Positions 42,433 through 56,155 of a stretch of DNA of 64,000 nucleotides are shown piece after piece (the stretch's first letter is position 1; each line of letters starts with the position of its first letter). The stretch covers positions 48,732,001 through 48,796,000 of the forward strand of contig OX597822.1 of assembly GCA_951406725.2 (NCBI GenBank), read 5' to 3'. The translations under genes were made by a program, and so were the position numbers. Source of the stretch: Octopus vulgaris. Its lineage: Eukaryota. The notes beneath the pieces were generated by a model. That model saw only the letters and a list, made by a program, of their open reading frames with translations, was not told where the DNA came from and did no database searches.

Positions 42433-42466
<34 letters not shown>

Positions 42467-43314
42467 TATATACATATATATATACATGTATATATATATA
42501 TAGAGAGAGAGAGAGTGAGAGAGAGAAGAGAGATGTACATAATTATATCTTATATGTATTATACTACATACATATATATACACACACACGCGCGCACGCA
42601 CACACACACACACACGCGCGCACGCACACACACACACACATACATATATATATACACATAATCCATAGTACATAACCACACATATACACACACACATATC
42701 AGTAACAGAAGTCTCTCAGTTCTCCCCTATCTTTCTTATCTACATCCTTTTAAGCAAACATGATTTATATATCCATATACACCCTGGTTTTTTGATTTAC
42801 CCTCTTCTTCTTTCTCTCTCTCTCCCTATCTCTCTCTATTTCTCTTTATAAACTTTCATCTCCTACCCCTCCTCCTCATGCTCCACCCCCACCCCCTTCT
42901 GCCCTCACATCCTCAACATTAGCCTAACACTATGGCTGAAGGAATCTAACTGCATAGCCATTCAACCTTGCTAGAAACAGCAGTCAAATCAACCTCAAAT
43001 CCTGCCTCCCATAAAAAAAAAATAATCGAAATTGAGAAAATTTTGCCTTTCCTTCCAGGTCAAAGAAAGGAGGGAGGCAGGACGATCTCCAATGATAATA
43101 ATAATAATAATGATATTTATTTTTTTGTTGCCCACAGGGAGCTAAACATAGAGGGAACAAACAAGGACAGACAAATGGATTTAAGTCGATTACCTCAATC
43201 CCAGTGCATAACTGGTACTTATTTAATTGACCCCGAAAGGATGAAAGGCAAAGTCGACCTCGGTGGAATTTGAACTCAGAACGTAAAGAGACAAAAATAA
43301 CAATAATAATATTG

Positions 43315-43705
43315 TGGAGGTGCAATGGCCCAGTGGTTAGAGCAGTGCACATGCAATCTTGGGATCGCAGTTTCAATCCCAAGACCAGGCGTTGTGAGTG
43401 TTTATTGAGTGAAAACACCTAAATCTCTACGAGGCTCCAGCATGGGCTTATAACGAATCCTGCTGTACTCTTTCAGCATAACTTTCTCTCGCTCTGTCTT
43501 CCTGTTTCTGTTGTACCTGTATTTCAAAGGGGCCAGTCTTGTCACGCTCTGTGGCACGCTGAATCTCCCCGAGAACTACGTTAAGGGGACACGTGTCTGT
43601 GGAGTACTCAGCCACTTGCACGTTCATGTCACGAGCAGGCTGTTCCGTTGATCAGATCAACTGGAAGCCTTGTCATTGTCACTCACGGAAGGCCACGATG
43701 AATAA
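43315..43705 (+). mobile_element. tRNA-headed SINE family C
   Basis: A-box TGGCCCAGTGG and B-box-like GTTTCAATCCC, ~390-bp body, (AAT)n flanks. Confidence 0.6.
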
Positions 43706-45091
43706 TAATATTGCTATTACTACTACTATGGCTGCTGTTGCTGCTGCTGCTGCTGCTGCTACTACTACTACAACAATAGGTTTATTTACTCTGTAGTAGT
43801 ACATTTATGTTGTCCAAAGCATGTTGCTAAGCACTTCATTAATAAATTAATAAATATGTAGACTCATTAATTAACTAATGCCAAGACAGCATGTGTTGGG
43901 AGCATGCACATGTATGTCTGTGTGTGTGTGTGCATGTATACATGTGGATGTGTGTGTATGTGTGTGTATGGATAAATATTGATACTAGTGTGCATACAAG
44001 CACTGAATAAACACATTTAGTCACACTTTGCAAATAAACAGACTTATCAGTAGAAACCACAAAGCTGGCCTCAAGAATAACCTGACTACTTTCACCTGGT
44101 CATTACTATCAACTCAAAAGTGTTGGTTTATTTACGTCCCCACAACTTACCGATTCAGCATGGAGACTTAAGTACAGTGGGGTGGGTGGGGGTTAATTTC
44201 TATTTTTCTTTTCTTTTATTTGTTGCAGTCATTTGACTGCGGCCATGCTGTAGCACTGCCTTTAGTCGAGCAAATCGACTCCAGGACTTATTCTCTGTAA
44301 GCCTAGTACTTATTCTACTGGTCTCTTTTGCCAAACCGTTAAGTTACGGGACGTAAACACACATATACATACATACATCATGTCTATAAAAGGCATGATG
44401 TGTGTGTGTGTGTGTGTGTGTGTACGTTATTGTAATTTATGCATGTCCAAAAATTAGCACGCATGTCACTCCAATTTTAGGAGGACATTCGTCAACATCC
44501 TATCTGGGTTTTGTCAACTTATTTTTATCTCCGAGGTACCCCTCCCCCCCCGCGGATAGCCGTAAAATTCTATTTTCAGACATAGCTTTTAGCCATAAAA
44601 ATATCAGCCATAGCTTTTTGACAGCATCTACCAAAAAAGAAAATAAAATAAAGAAAAGTGGAAGAGGGGCAGAGAGTTGCATGGGAAAGACAAAGTGAGA
44701 GAGGGAGAGAGAGAGATTAAGTGACAATGTTCATAAAAAATAAAATATAAAATGTTTAGTTTTTTCTTAAACACGAGATATAGTGTTCAAATTCAGGATG
44801 TTTTTGAAAGATACTATATTTTATAATCATAGTATACATAATTTCTCACACAACAATTACAATATATTTATCTTAAATCATTTATTTATTTTAAATCGTT
44901 GATCTTTCTTCCCCCACCCACCTCTCTCTCACACACATTACTTTGGGTGCAAAAGAGTTTTGTTTTTATTTTAAGCGGAGTAAAAAAGTGTTTTGTTGAA
45001 AGTCGATATTACTTAGTTTGGTTTGAAATAAAGAACTTGATTAGCTTAATAATTGTAACTTAATCCTGGGCAAGACTGGGTTATACTGCTA

Positions 45092-45131
<40 letters not shown>

Positions 45132-45579
45132 GCATATATACATATATATACATACATATATATATGCATACATATATATATATATATATACAAACATATA
45201 TATATGCATACATACATATATATATATATATATACAAACATATATATATATGTATATATATATATATGTATATATATGTATATATATGTATATATATGTA
45301 TATATATATATATATATACACCTCCTTCTATTCCCCTCTGCCCTCTAACCCCACACGTAGCTACCAACAGACGGTATCCTCTACTGTCCAAGACCTCATC
45401 TCGTCCTCCCGTCTCCCCCGCACCGCATCCAACCTAATTGTGCGAACCCCACGTACCCCCACCATTTACTTCCTCCCCAAAATCCACAAACCCAACAACC
45501 CTGGCCGCCCCATCGTCTCCGCCTGTAACTGCCCCACGGAGCTCATCTCTAAATACCTCGACCGTGTCCTTGCCCCCTA

Positions 45580-47340
45580 GTGGCATCTCTTCCCTCCCAC
45601 ATCCACGATACCAACCATGCTCTCCGGCTTTTCAACTCTTTCTCCTTTCCTCCCGGCTCCTCCAAAATCCTTTTTACTATGGACATCCAAAGCCTCTATA
45701 CTGTTATCCCTCACCACGAAGGACTGCAGGCCCTTCGACACTTTCTTGACCTCCGCTCTAACCCTGTACCTGACACCTCCACACTCATTCGTCTGGCCGA
45801 ACTTGTCCTTACTCTGAACTGCTTCTCGTTCGCGGGCGAGTTCTACCATCAGGTCTCGGGAGTGGCCATGGGAACGCGAATGGGCCCCAACTATGCGAAC
45901 CTGTTCGTTGGCTATGTTGAGGCCCAAATATTCTCTAATTTCACTGGTCCCACTCCTGAACTATATGGTCGTTATATTGACGACATTATCGGTGCCACCT
46001 CACTCTCCCGCGAACATCTAGATTCCTTCCTCTCTTTCGTCCAATCTTTCCATCCAGCCCTCCACTTCACTTCCACTATCTCCAACACCTCTGTCTCCTT
46101 CCTCGACATTTCGGTTAGCATTCTTCACTCCACTCTTACCACCTCCATTCACTACAAACACACAGACTCACACTCATACCTCAACTTCTCTTCCTCCCAC
46201 CCAGAACACACCAAGCTTTCCATCCCCTATTCCCAATTCCTCCGTCTACGTAGGCTCTGTAGTGACGACCATGACTTTGAGACTCAGTCTCAACGTATGG
46301 CTCACCACTTCACCCTACGTGGATACCCCCTCACCACTATCCACACCGCCCTTGCCAGAGCACGGTCCGTGGACCGTGTATCTGCTCTCTCTCCCCGAAC
46401 CCGCCCTGTAGTCTCCCGCCTCCCTTTTCCCCTCACTTACCACCCCACGACCCTACGTCTCCAACGCACCATTCTTCGAGCTTTCCGTCATCTCCAGTCC
46501 GACCCGTCCACTTCACACCTCTTCCCTAACCGACCCCTCCCCTCTTTCAAACGAGCCCACAACCTTCGAAACCTTTTGGTCCATAGCTCCTTCCCTGACC
46601 CTACCTCCCAACCCGGCTCGTTCCCCTGCTCCCGCCCACGTTGCCGCACTTGCCCTTACCTCTCCAACACCACCCGCCTCACTAGCACCCACCATCGACC
46701 CTATCCCATCATCCACTCCTTCACCTGCACCTCCAGCAATATTATCTATTGCATCTCTTGCTCTCTCTGCAATTCCTTGTATATCGGACAAACGGGACGC
46801 CGCTTGGCTGACCGGTTCGCGGAACACCTTCGTGACATCCACCTTGCGAACGACACACCGGTCTCACGCCATTTCCGCTCCACCGGTCACTCCTTGCAAC
46901 ACCTATCTGTGTTCGGTTTGTCCTTACACAGAGGCCATCCGGATTCCCGTTTGCGCCGTGAACAGGAATTAATCTTCTCTCTTCGCTCTTATACGCCATT
47001 TGGTCTCAACTCTCCCCCTCCTCATCTAACCCCCCCTCCCCCCTCCTCACCTATCCTTTCTCCCCCGACCCCTACTTCTACAGTCCTTCATCCTTTCACC
47101 CCTACTCCCCTTCCCTTCTTCCCTCTTTCTCCCTCCCTCTTCCCCTTCCCTCTGCTCCCTCACTCCCTCTCTCCCTCTTTCCTCCTTCATCCCCCTTCTC
47201 CCCCATCCTCTCCTCTTCCCCCTTCTCCTCCCCCTCTTCTTCCCCTCGCCTTCTCTCCCCCCTCTTCTCCCCCTCCCCCTCTTCTCCTCACTACACCACA
47301 TGACTTTACACATCACATCACATATGATGTGCCATACTAA
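45580..47340 (+). CDS. Penelope-like reverse transcriptase / GIY-YIG endonuclease (main ORF; upstream part 45319-45579 is in another frame)
   Basis: Upstream frame has [16 protein letters not shown]. Main ORF has MDIQSLYT, GVAMGTRMGPNYANLF, YGRYIDDI, FLDI, Cys linker CSRPRCRTC and GIY-YIG NIIYCISC...YIGQTGRRLADRFAEH. One frameshift in a C-run near 45577. The Pro-rich tail after about 47010 is low-complexity read-through. Confidence 0.92.
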   Translation: MASLPSHIHDTNHALRLFNSFSFPPGSSKILFTMDIQSLYTVIPHHEGLQALRHFLDLRSNPVPDTSTLIRLAELVLTLNCFSFAGEFYHQVSGVAMGTRMGPNYANLFVGYVEAQIFSNFTGPTPELYGRYIDDIIGATSLSREHLDSFLSFVQSFHPALHFTSTISNTSVSFLDISVSILHSTLTTSIHYKHTDSHSYLNFSSSHPEHTKLSIPYSQFLRLRRLCSDDHDFETQSQRMAHHFTLRGYPLTTIHTALARARSVDRVSALSPRTRPVVSRLPFPLTYHPTTLRLQRTILRAFRHLQSDPSTSHLFPNRPLPSFKRAHNLRNLLVHSSFPDPTSQPGSFPCSRPRCRTCPYLSNTTRLTSTHHRPYPIIHSFTCTSSNIIYCISCSLCNSLYIGQTGRRLADRFAEHLRDIHLANDTPVSRHFRSTGHSLQHLSVFGLSLHRGHPDSRLRREQELIFSLRSYTPFGLNSPPPHLTPPPPSSPILSPPTPTSTVLHPFTPTPLPFFPLSPSLFPFPLLPHSLSPSFLLHPPSPPSSPLPPSPPPLLPLAFSPPSSPPPPLLLTTPHDFTHHITYDVPY

Positions 47341-47660
47341 TACACACACCAACTAATACATACTAATACGTACTAATACATACCAGTACATACTAATACT
47401 TACACCAACCCTATACATACACACGTCCAGACCCCGCATACGCACTTATACTCTCTCACACACACACACACACACCTATACATACCAATACGTACTAATA
47501 CATACTAATACATACTAATACATACACCAACCCCATACATACGCACGTCCAGACCAATCTTACGCACTAATACTCTCTCATACACACACACACACACACA
47601 CACCCTTATACATACTAATACATACACCAACCCTATACATACACACATCCAGACCCCTCC
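47340..47660 (+). repeat. ~3 copies of a ~120-bp tandem unit in the Penelope 3' UTR
   Basis: Recurrent catactaatac...caccaacccYatacatac...tccagacc. Confidence 0.7.
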
Positions 47661-47839
47661 CACGCACTTTTAGCTGGTCCCTCAACCCTTTTATCAACCC
47701 TATTATCTCCCCTTATTTCGCTCTCGCGTCTCATGTTTGATCTTTGACCTCTGGCCGAAATCAGATCGCCATGTTGATTCGTTAGCTACTGCACGCATTT
47801 TTTTCTCTCCTTCTTTCTGTGTTTTTCTCTCTCTGTGTA

Positions 47840-47877
47840 TCTTTCTGTTGAAGAGCGTAGGCTCGAAACGTTAAAGA
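47840..47877 (+). ncRNA. Minimal hammerhead-ribozyme-like motif in the Penelope pLTR (A6U core variant)
   Basis: TCTTT-CTGTTGA-A-GAGC(GTAG)GCTC-GAAA-CG-TT-AAAGA: stem I, stem II and palindromic stem III. Confidence 0.75.
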
Positions 47878-47974
47878 CTTGTTTTATTTATATTTCCTGA
47901 GCGCCATACTAATACAATTGTTCGTTTGTTTTCCACCTGCCTTCGTCTTTTGTTTATTTTCATAAAGCTTCCCG

Positions 47975-48008
<34 letters not shown>

Positions 48009-48126
48009 CATACATATGTATAGATATGTATACTAATGGACACATCACATATACAAATGCTTTCATACATTCATTTTGCTAGGATTGAGCATCAGCAACA
48101 ACAGCAACAAAATAATGCCATCAACA

Positions 48127-48212
<86 letters not shown>

Positions 48213-48497
48213 ATGTATATATGTATATATATGTATATATATGTATATATGTATATGTATGTATATATATATATGTATATATGTATGCATGTGTATATAT
48301 GTATTATGTATATATGTGTATATATATGTATAATGTATATATATGTATATATATATATATGCGTATATATATATATATGTATATGTGTATATATATATAT
48401 GTATATGTGTATATATATATATATGTATATGTGTATATATATATATATGTATATGTGTATATGTATATGTGTATATATGTATATATGTATATATGTA

Positions 48498-48563
<66 letters not shown>

Positions 48564-49301
48564 ATCTCGTCTCATCAACATCACTTGCACACCTTGAACT
48601 CACCGTATCCAAAATAATAAACAATAAATACAACAACAAGAGCAACAACACCAGCAGCAGCAGCAGTAACAGGGAACACCTCACATCTAATATCACAACA
48701 ACAACAATAACAGCCAAAAAACCATTATCATTAATTCTCTTTAATTTCCTGCCATCTGGATAGACTTCGGCAGGTAGCTGCACTTGATGCACTAAACTTC
48801 ACACGCAGTTCATAAAATACACCAATAATTAATAGCATAATACTACACGCATGTGTGTGTGTATGTGTGTGTGTATGGAGGTGTCTGTGCATGTGTGTAT
48901 TTGTGTACACAAATATGTATGTATATGTATGTATGTATATGTGTGTATGGGCAAGGCGGCATGTGTGCAAATATACATAGTTGTGTGGGTATGTGTATTT
49001 ATGTGTGTGTGTGCACGTGCAAGCAATACATATACATGTATATATAAATGTATGTATATGACTGTATATGTGCACATGTACTCACATATGTATGTATATG
49101 CATATATGTGTGTATATATGTATATGCACAACACACACACACACTTGTGTCCATAACCTATACGCTATATACATTATATATATACATATATATGTGTGTA
49201 TGTGTATATATGTGTGTGTGAATATACACACACATATACACACTTGCTGTTTATACACCAGTCTCCATCTTTTGTTTTTCTGTAAATTTCAACTATATAT
49301 A

Positions 49302-49354
<53 letters not shown>

Positions 49355-49670
49355 TATGTATTTATATATATGTATTATGTATTTATATATATGTATATAT
49401 GTATTTATATATATGTATATATGTATTTATATATATGTATATATGTATATAGATATATGTATATATATATATATAATGTATATATGTGTATATAATATAT
49501 ATGTATATATGTATATAATATATATATATACATATATATGTATATGTATATGTATATAATATATATATATGTATATAATATATATATATATACATATATA
49601 TGTTTATGTATATGTATATATATATATGTATGTATGTATGTATATGTTTGTATGTATATGTATGTATATA

Positions 49671-50090
49671 GGTGCAGGGGTGGCTGTATGGTAAATAGCT
49701 TGCTGACCAACCACATGGTCTGGGTTCAGTCCCACTGTGTGGAACCTTGAGCAAGTGTCTTCTATTATAGCATTGGCCTGACCAAAGCCTTGTGAGTGGA
49801 TTTGGTAGACAGAAAATACAAGAAGCCCATCATATATATATATATAATATATAATATATATATATATAAATATGTATACAATGTGTGTATACATGTTTGT
49901 GTGTGTGTGTGTCCCCTCCAACATCACTTGACAACCGATGCTGGTGTGTTTCCGTCCTCGTAACTTAGCGGTTCAGCAAAAGAGACCAATAGAACTAGTA
50001 CTACAAAGAATAACTCCTGGGCTCAATTTGCTCAACTAAAGGCGGTGCTCCAGCATGGCCACAGTCAAAATGACTGAAACAAGTAAAAGA
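49671..50090 (+). mobile_element. SINE family A copy
   Basis: Colinear with 54453-54850. Confidence 0.85.
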
Positions 50091-50641
50091 ATATATATAT
50101 ATATAAATACACATATATAGATGTATATACATATATATATATATATGTATAAATATATGTTTATGCATGTACATATATATATATGTATAAATATATGTGT
50201 ATATATATATGTATATGTGTATATATATATGTATATGTATATATATATATGTATATATATATAAATATATATATATGTGTGTATATGTATATATATGCAT
50301 GTATGTATTTTATATATATTAGTTGACATGAGAAGAATTTTATAAACTTTCAAAAGAACATCAAGTAATTCTTTTTTTCGGAACTTTGGATCTCAGAGAA
50401 CATCACATAAGGCTATAATTGGCAGCATGTAAGAATTAGCTTGAAAAAAAAAAAGATTTTAGATAGAAATAGTCAGAAGCTTTTAATGGGACCTTCTTTT
50501 CAAAAGGGTTTTTCAATCCAAAACTTACATGCTTTATGTGATGTGCTTCGAGTTCCAATGTCCTAAAAAATAAAGTAAGATATGTATAAAATATCTGTTT
50601 ATATGAATGCATGTATAATATGTGTGATATATGATATATAT

Positions 50642-50872
50642 TTCTTTACTACCCACAAGGGGCTAAACACAGAGGGAACAAACAAGGACAGACAAACGGG
50701 TTAAGCCAAATAACATCAACCCCAGTGCATAACTGGTACTTAATTTATCGACCCTGAAAGGATAAAAGGCAAAGTCGACCTCAGCGGAATTTGAACTCAG
50801 AACGTAATGGCAGACGAAATACGGCTACACATTTCGCCCGGCGTGCTAACGTTTCTGCCAGCTCGCCGCCTT
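50642..50872 (-). mobile_element. SINE family B copy (well preserved)
   Basis: Minus strand AAGGCGGCGAGCTGGCAGAAACGTTAGCACGCCGGGCGAAATG...GAGTTCAAATTCC. Confidence 0.85.
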
Positions 50873-50887
50873 AAAAAGTACAAATGT

Positions 50888-50956
50888 CTCCCCAGCGGGG
50901 AATCGAACCCCGGTCTCCCGCATGACAGGCAGGGATACTTACCACTGTACTACCGA

Positions 50957-50959
<3 letters not shown>
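50888..50959 (-). tRNA. tRNA-Asp(GTC) copy, probably a pseudogene
   Basis: TCCTCGGTAGTACAGTGGTAAGTATCCCTGCCTGTCATGCGGGAGACCGGGGTTCGATTCCCCGCTGGGGAG: 72 nt, folds as a cloverleaf, several CpG>TpG-type changes relative to the usual metazoan tRNA-Asp. T5 run about 10 nt downstream. Confidence 0.85.
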
Positions 50960-51020
<61 letters not shown>

Positions 51021-51048
51021 GCATATATATATATATATACACATACAT

Positions 51049-51082
<34 letters not shown>

Positions 51083-51097
51083 TACACATACATACAT

Positions 51098-51142
<45 letters not shown>

Positions 51143-51767
51143 TTTAAACTCTGTGATTGCTTGCTTGTTTTTGTGTGTTCATGTCTGTAATTTAATACAG
51201 CCAAACTGGCACACTGAAAGTATATTACTCCTGAAATGTGAATACAAATGGCATAAAACAAGTTTCGTTTAAATTGGATCATGGAATCCTGAGATATGCG
51301 GTTTTTTGGGGTACCTTCATAAATAGCCAAAATGGAGCATGATGGGAAAATACTCAGAAAATAACATAACCCTGAAATTGGAATATATAATACTGTGAAA
51401 ATTGTTTCCATGAATTTTATGTTTATGTTATATAACAATTCCTTTTGCATTTTTGAGGAAGTGTGCACATATGCCATAAATAAATGCTGTTACTGGAGTT
51501 CAAGTTTATCCCGGAAGTTCTATTTCTATTAGATGCCGTAAATAATCAATAAAACCTTAGCCATGAACTTGTAAACCAGACCTATGATGACACAAATGAA
51601 TTGAAATATTTAACTCAATCAACAGAAAATTAACTTTCATTTCAATGTAATGTTGAAATCAACTTAAATGCTTCGTAACCTAAATCGTCAGTACATATAT
51701 ATATATAATATAATGTATATATATCTGTATGTATAATAAATGTGTTTCTTTTCCTTGTTTCTTTTAG

Positions 51768-51839
51768 CTGAAGTCAACTAATGAGATTAACCAATTACAA
51801 GAATTTGCCAGTGCTGTGAAACATTGTCCAGATGAGCAG
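51768..51839 (+). CDS. RECK: Next coding exon of the RECK-like gene
   Basis: ttttccttgtttcttttag| acceptor, cag|gtaggt donor, 72 nt, phase 0 to 0, compatible with the previous exon. Translates [24 protein letters not shown], resembling RECK IFSSKSESRLKHLLQRAPDYCPETM in position and C-P ending. Confidence 0.6.
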
Positions 51840-51953
51840 GTAGGTTAACTACACATGTTTCATTTTGTGAGTACATGTATGTTTTTGTGTGTGTGTATGT
51901 TTGTATATGTAGGAGAAAAAGAGAGAGAGTGAATTTTATACATACATACATAC

Positions 51954-52044
<91 letters not shown>

Positions 52045-54009
52045 TTATATATACACCACACACATATATATATATTATATATACACCACACACATATACA
52101 TATATTTATTTACACACACAAATACATATATATATACAAATATATATATCTTTCAGCTTATTTCTGAGCGAGAGGTTGCCCACTCTACTCACGCAGTCTT
52201 CCCATTTCCTGTCCACCTGGAGATCTGGTCTAAACTAAGCTGCATACAGGTATATCCTGCCCCAATACACAGACTATATTTCTCAGCAAAATTCAACCAC
52301 CTTAATCATATAAAAGAAGAATCTGCACATATTTCATTCCCCCTTTGTGCTTACCTGTTGCACCCCACCTCTCCCTGAAGCAACTTCCTTTTATAATCCA
52401 TCTCTGTCTTATTTTCCACCTCTCACCCTTTTCTGTCTCTCTGAACTGCCATGGTCTGAACACCTGGTCTTCTTTATCTCACTCAGCATCTTTTCATATC
52501 TGTCATCAACACTTCCTCTTTCCTTTTTCTCTTCCACTCACTATATCCACCCTGTGTACCTCTGACATCTATCTCTGTCCTTGTACATCTCTCTCTCTTT
52601 TCCTCTCTCACTCATTCATTTGATACTTTCTGATCCCATAGCTGCTGCTCTCTACTCTTCCTGCCAGTTATCATCACCTATGTCTTTCACTTTCCCCACC
52701 ATACTTATATTTATCACTGACCATATCCCCCTCTTGCTCCACTCACTACCCTCATCTTTAACCATGCACCACTCTCCTCTCACACTCTAGTGAACCCATC
52801 CTTCTCTGACTATACTCTCTCTTTCTTGAATCCTGAAACTATGCTCTGACACCACATCACCACCATTATTGCCTCATTTTCAGCTACTCCCACCCACCCT
52901 TAAGGGTGTTATACCTGGTTGGATGCCCTTCTCAATGACAACCAGTTTACAGAATATCCTGGGTGTTTTTTCACCAGCTCTAATGAGGTCACCAGGTAAT
53001 ATACAAGAACAAGAAAAAAACCCTTCAACTGAGTGGAGTTGTTGTAGTTAGAGAGGTGGCTTTAAACACATATTGATAGGCCTAAGTATGTTTGAGGGAC
53101 AGGAAGGTATCTTGCTATAATCCTTGATCAGCCAAAATACTAATCCTATATGTCGGAACCATAATGATTAAAACACAAATCTGATGAGGTTAAAAATTAA
53201 TACTTCAAAACATTTTGTAAGATCCACCTCAACAAAACCTTAGCTGAAATTCTGCATAAACAAAAGCATCCTCTTTAAAAAGGGCCAATACAAATTGTTA
53301 ATGCTGTTCCATATCCTGAAGATAAGGCTGAGAAAGTATTGATAGAAATTAATTTGTTCTAAACAATTTGTTTCTTATTGTGTCAAACAAGCTACAAGTG
53401 TCTGGGTCTGATATGAAGATGCAAAAAAAAAATAATCCCTAAAAAGTGTATCAAATTACAATAAAGTAATGTTTGGGGATAGTTCTTGATATATCATGTC
53501 TAAAAGAAAAGCCAGTCCAAATATATATACATAAATAGCGATGTGTGTGTGTGTGTGTGTATTATGCATAGATAATTTTATGTCCATATATGAGTGTGTA
53601 TTTATGCATGTGTATATATGGGTATATATAAATGGTATATAATGTTTTCATGTATATATGTGCATATGTGTATGTGTGTTTGTGTTTGCCTATACCCACC
53701 ACAACTGCTTTGCCACCCATTCACAAACACTCAAAGAAGAAAGCACACACACAGATGTACAACAATGATTTAATAGCAAACAAATTACAGCTAAATTACT
53801 TAACTAAGCCACTCTATAAATTCAATCTAATTTGACAAGCTAATTAAAAACAATTTGTATTTTTTGTGCAGGAGGGGGGTTCGTTATTAATGGGTTTTAT
53901 CACTTCAGTTGTATTCATGAGTTTTTGTTGTGTTTCTTATTTTATAGCTCTCTCTTTCTCACCCCATATACACACATATATATAAATATTATATATATAT
54001 ATATATATA

Positions 54010-54421
54010 CTAGCAGCATAGCCCGGCGTTGCCCGGGTATGTAAGAGCCCCTAGTAGGCAACGACTAATCCCAATCTAGTCCTTTCCCTCTAGGGAACGA
54101 AGGCGCATGTGTAGGTTGCAATGTCTTCTCTTCACTCGAATACTTCTGTGTATACGATGTTCATAGCTGTCCCTAGCTGTCGAGTTGTGTCCCCTAGACA
54201 GAAAATGTGTTGCATTTAAAAAGCTTAGATTCTCGACTCCATGTCGAATTTATCGAATTTTTTCAGAACTGGAGGAACTTTTCAAAATTTTCGCTGCGTT
54301 AGTTTTGAATTATGACATTGGGCTATGTGTGTGTCAAGTTTCATCAGAATCGGTTGAAAGCCGTGGTCAGGGTGAGGGTACAACCTGACAGACACACAGA
54401 CACACAGACAGACAAACTGCC

Positions 54422-54430
<9 letters not shown>
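54010..54430 (-). mobile_element. Non-autonomous Helitron-like element
   Basis: Minus-strand 3' end CCCGGGCAACGCCGGG hairpin + CTAG; GTCT repeats near the 5' end; in (TA)n. Confidence 0.7.
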
Positions 54431-54452
<22 letters not shown>

Positions 54453-54850
54453 GGCGCAGGAGTGGCTGTGTGGTAAGTAGCTTGCTTACCAGCCACATGG
54501 TTCCGGGTTCAGTCCCACTGCGTGGCATCTTTGGCAAGTGTCTTCTGCTATAGCCCCAGGCCGACCAATGCCTTGTAAGTGGATTTGGTAGACGGAAACT
54601 GAAAGAGGCCTGTCGTATATATGTTTTTATATATATATATGTGTGTGTGTGTGTGTATATGTTTGTGTGTCTGTGTTTGTCCCCCTAGCATTGCTTGACA
54701 ACCAATGCTGGTGTGTTTACGTCCCCGTAACTTAGCGGTTTGGCAAAAGAGACGGATAGAATAAGTCCCAGGGTCGATTTGCTCGACTAAAGGCGGACCT
54801 CCAGCATGGCCACAGTCAAATGACTGAAACAAGTAAAAGAGTAAAAAGAG
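54453..54850 (+). mobile_element. tRNA-derived SINE family A (full length, internal microsatellite)
   Basis: Head GGCGCAGGAGTGGCTGTGTGGTAAG...GGTTCAGTCCC, CORE-like GGCAAGTGTCTT, internal (TA)/(TG)n, tail GACTGAAACAAGTAAAAGA. Confidence 0.85.
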
Positions 54851-54859
54851 AGTAAAGAG

Positions 54860-55009
54860 TATAGTTGAAATTTACAGAAAAACAAAAGATGAAGACAGGT
54901 ATATGAACAACAATCAGGTGTATTAGTTTGATGCTCGAGAAAGTGAGAAAGTCTTTTACATTTCAACCTTACACTCTTCAACAGAAAGGAATGAGGAAAT
55001 AAACAGAGA

Positions 55010-55010
<1 letters not shown>
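54860..55010 (-). mobile_element. Decayed solo pLTR related to the 47790-47976 pLTR
   Basis: Minus strand TCCTTT-CTGTTGA-A-GAGTGTAAGGTT-GAAATGTAAAAGACTT is a decayed copy of the 47840 motif; the tail is also similar. Confidence 0.6.
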
Positions 55011-55052
<42 letters not shown>

Positions 55053-55280
55053 CATACATATATATATATATATATATAAAGTATGTATATATATACCACA
55101 CAACACCACATTGCATCACATCACACCACCTCACACACAATAGCACTGACCACTTCCCTTCCCCACACCATCATCCACACATCTATACATACATGCACAT
55201 GTCAAGGTCACCAGCACTCTTCCACACGCACATACATGCTCTCTTATACACACGTACGTGCACTTTCGTTTTATATAGTG

Positions 55281-55312
<32 letters not shown>

Positions 55313-55495
55313 TGATATGTAAACATAATATATATATGTATATGTATATACGTATACATATATGTATATGTATATATGTATTACATATAATTACATATAT
55401 ATGTATACTATATGTATATACTTGTATATGTATATATGTATTACGTATATAATTACATATGTATATGTATACATATATGTATATGTATAAATAAA

Positions 55496-55538
<43 letters not shown>

Positions 55539-55557
55539 TTGTATACATATGTATACT

Positions 55558-55603
<46 letters not shown>

Positions 55604-56090
55604 CATATATGTATTATCATCATCGTTTAATGTCTGCTCAACAATGCTGGCATGGGCTGGACAGTTTGACAAGGAGGTGGTTTCTATGGCTGGATGCCCT
55701 TCCTAATGCCATACATACATGTACACATACATGCAAGCACACATACATGCACAAATACATACCGATAGATGCATGGATGGACAGACAGATGAACAGACAG
55801 ACAGAAATTAGGAGCAGCTTTTCTTGTGTCCATCTCATATTAAACATTTGACTATGTTCCAGTTCAATCTGTTTTGTTAGAGTTTTTCTTTTTTTCCATA
55901 TATGACCTCTGAAGCTTGTTTGAGACAAAATTTCCCAAATTCATCTTCATCAATATTTCCAGACTATCTCTGCCCCATCAACAGGATTTGAAGTAGTTTT
56001 CACTCCTGTGATTTTATACTAGGCAGCTACTACTTCTGAAAACTTTGCCATCACAATTTAACCATCATATATAAAGATATATACACACAG

Positions 56091-56155
<65 letters not shown>

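Larger units (their letters stand above)
45319..47976 (+). mobile_element. Penelope-like retroelement (Neptune-type), 5'-truncated, with 3' pseudo-LTR
   Basis: RT + GIY-YIG coding region, then CT-rich and tandem-repeat UTR and a terminal pLTR carrying a hammerhead motif. Both flanks are (TA)n. Confidence 0.93.

Noticed and set aside
53176-53224. CTGATGAGGT...ACTTCAAAAC...GTA motif
   Set aside because: G12 missing and stem I not formed; not counted.
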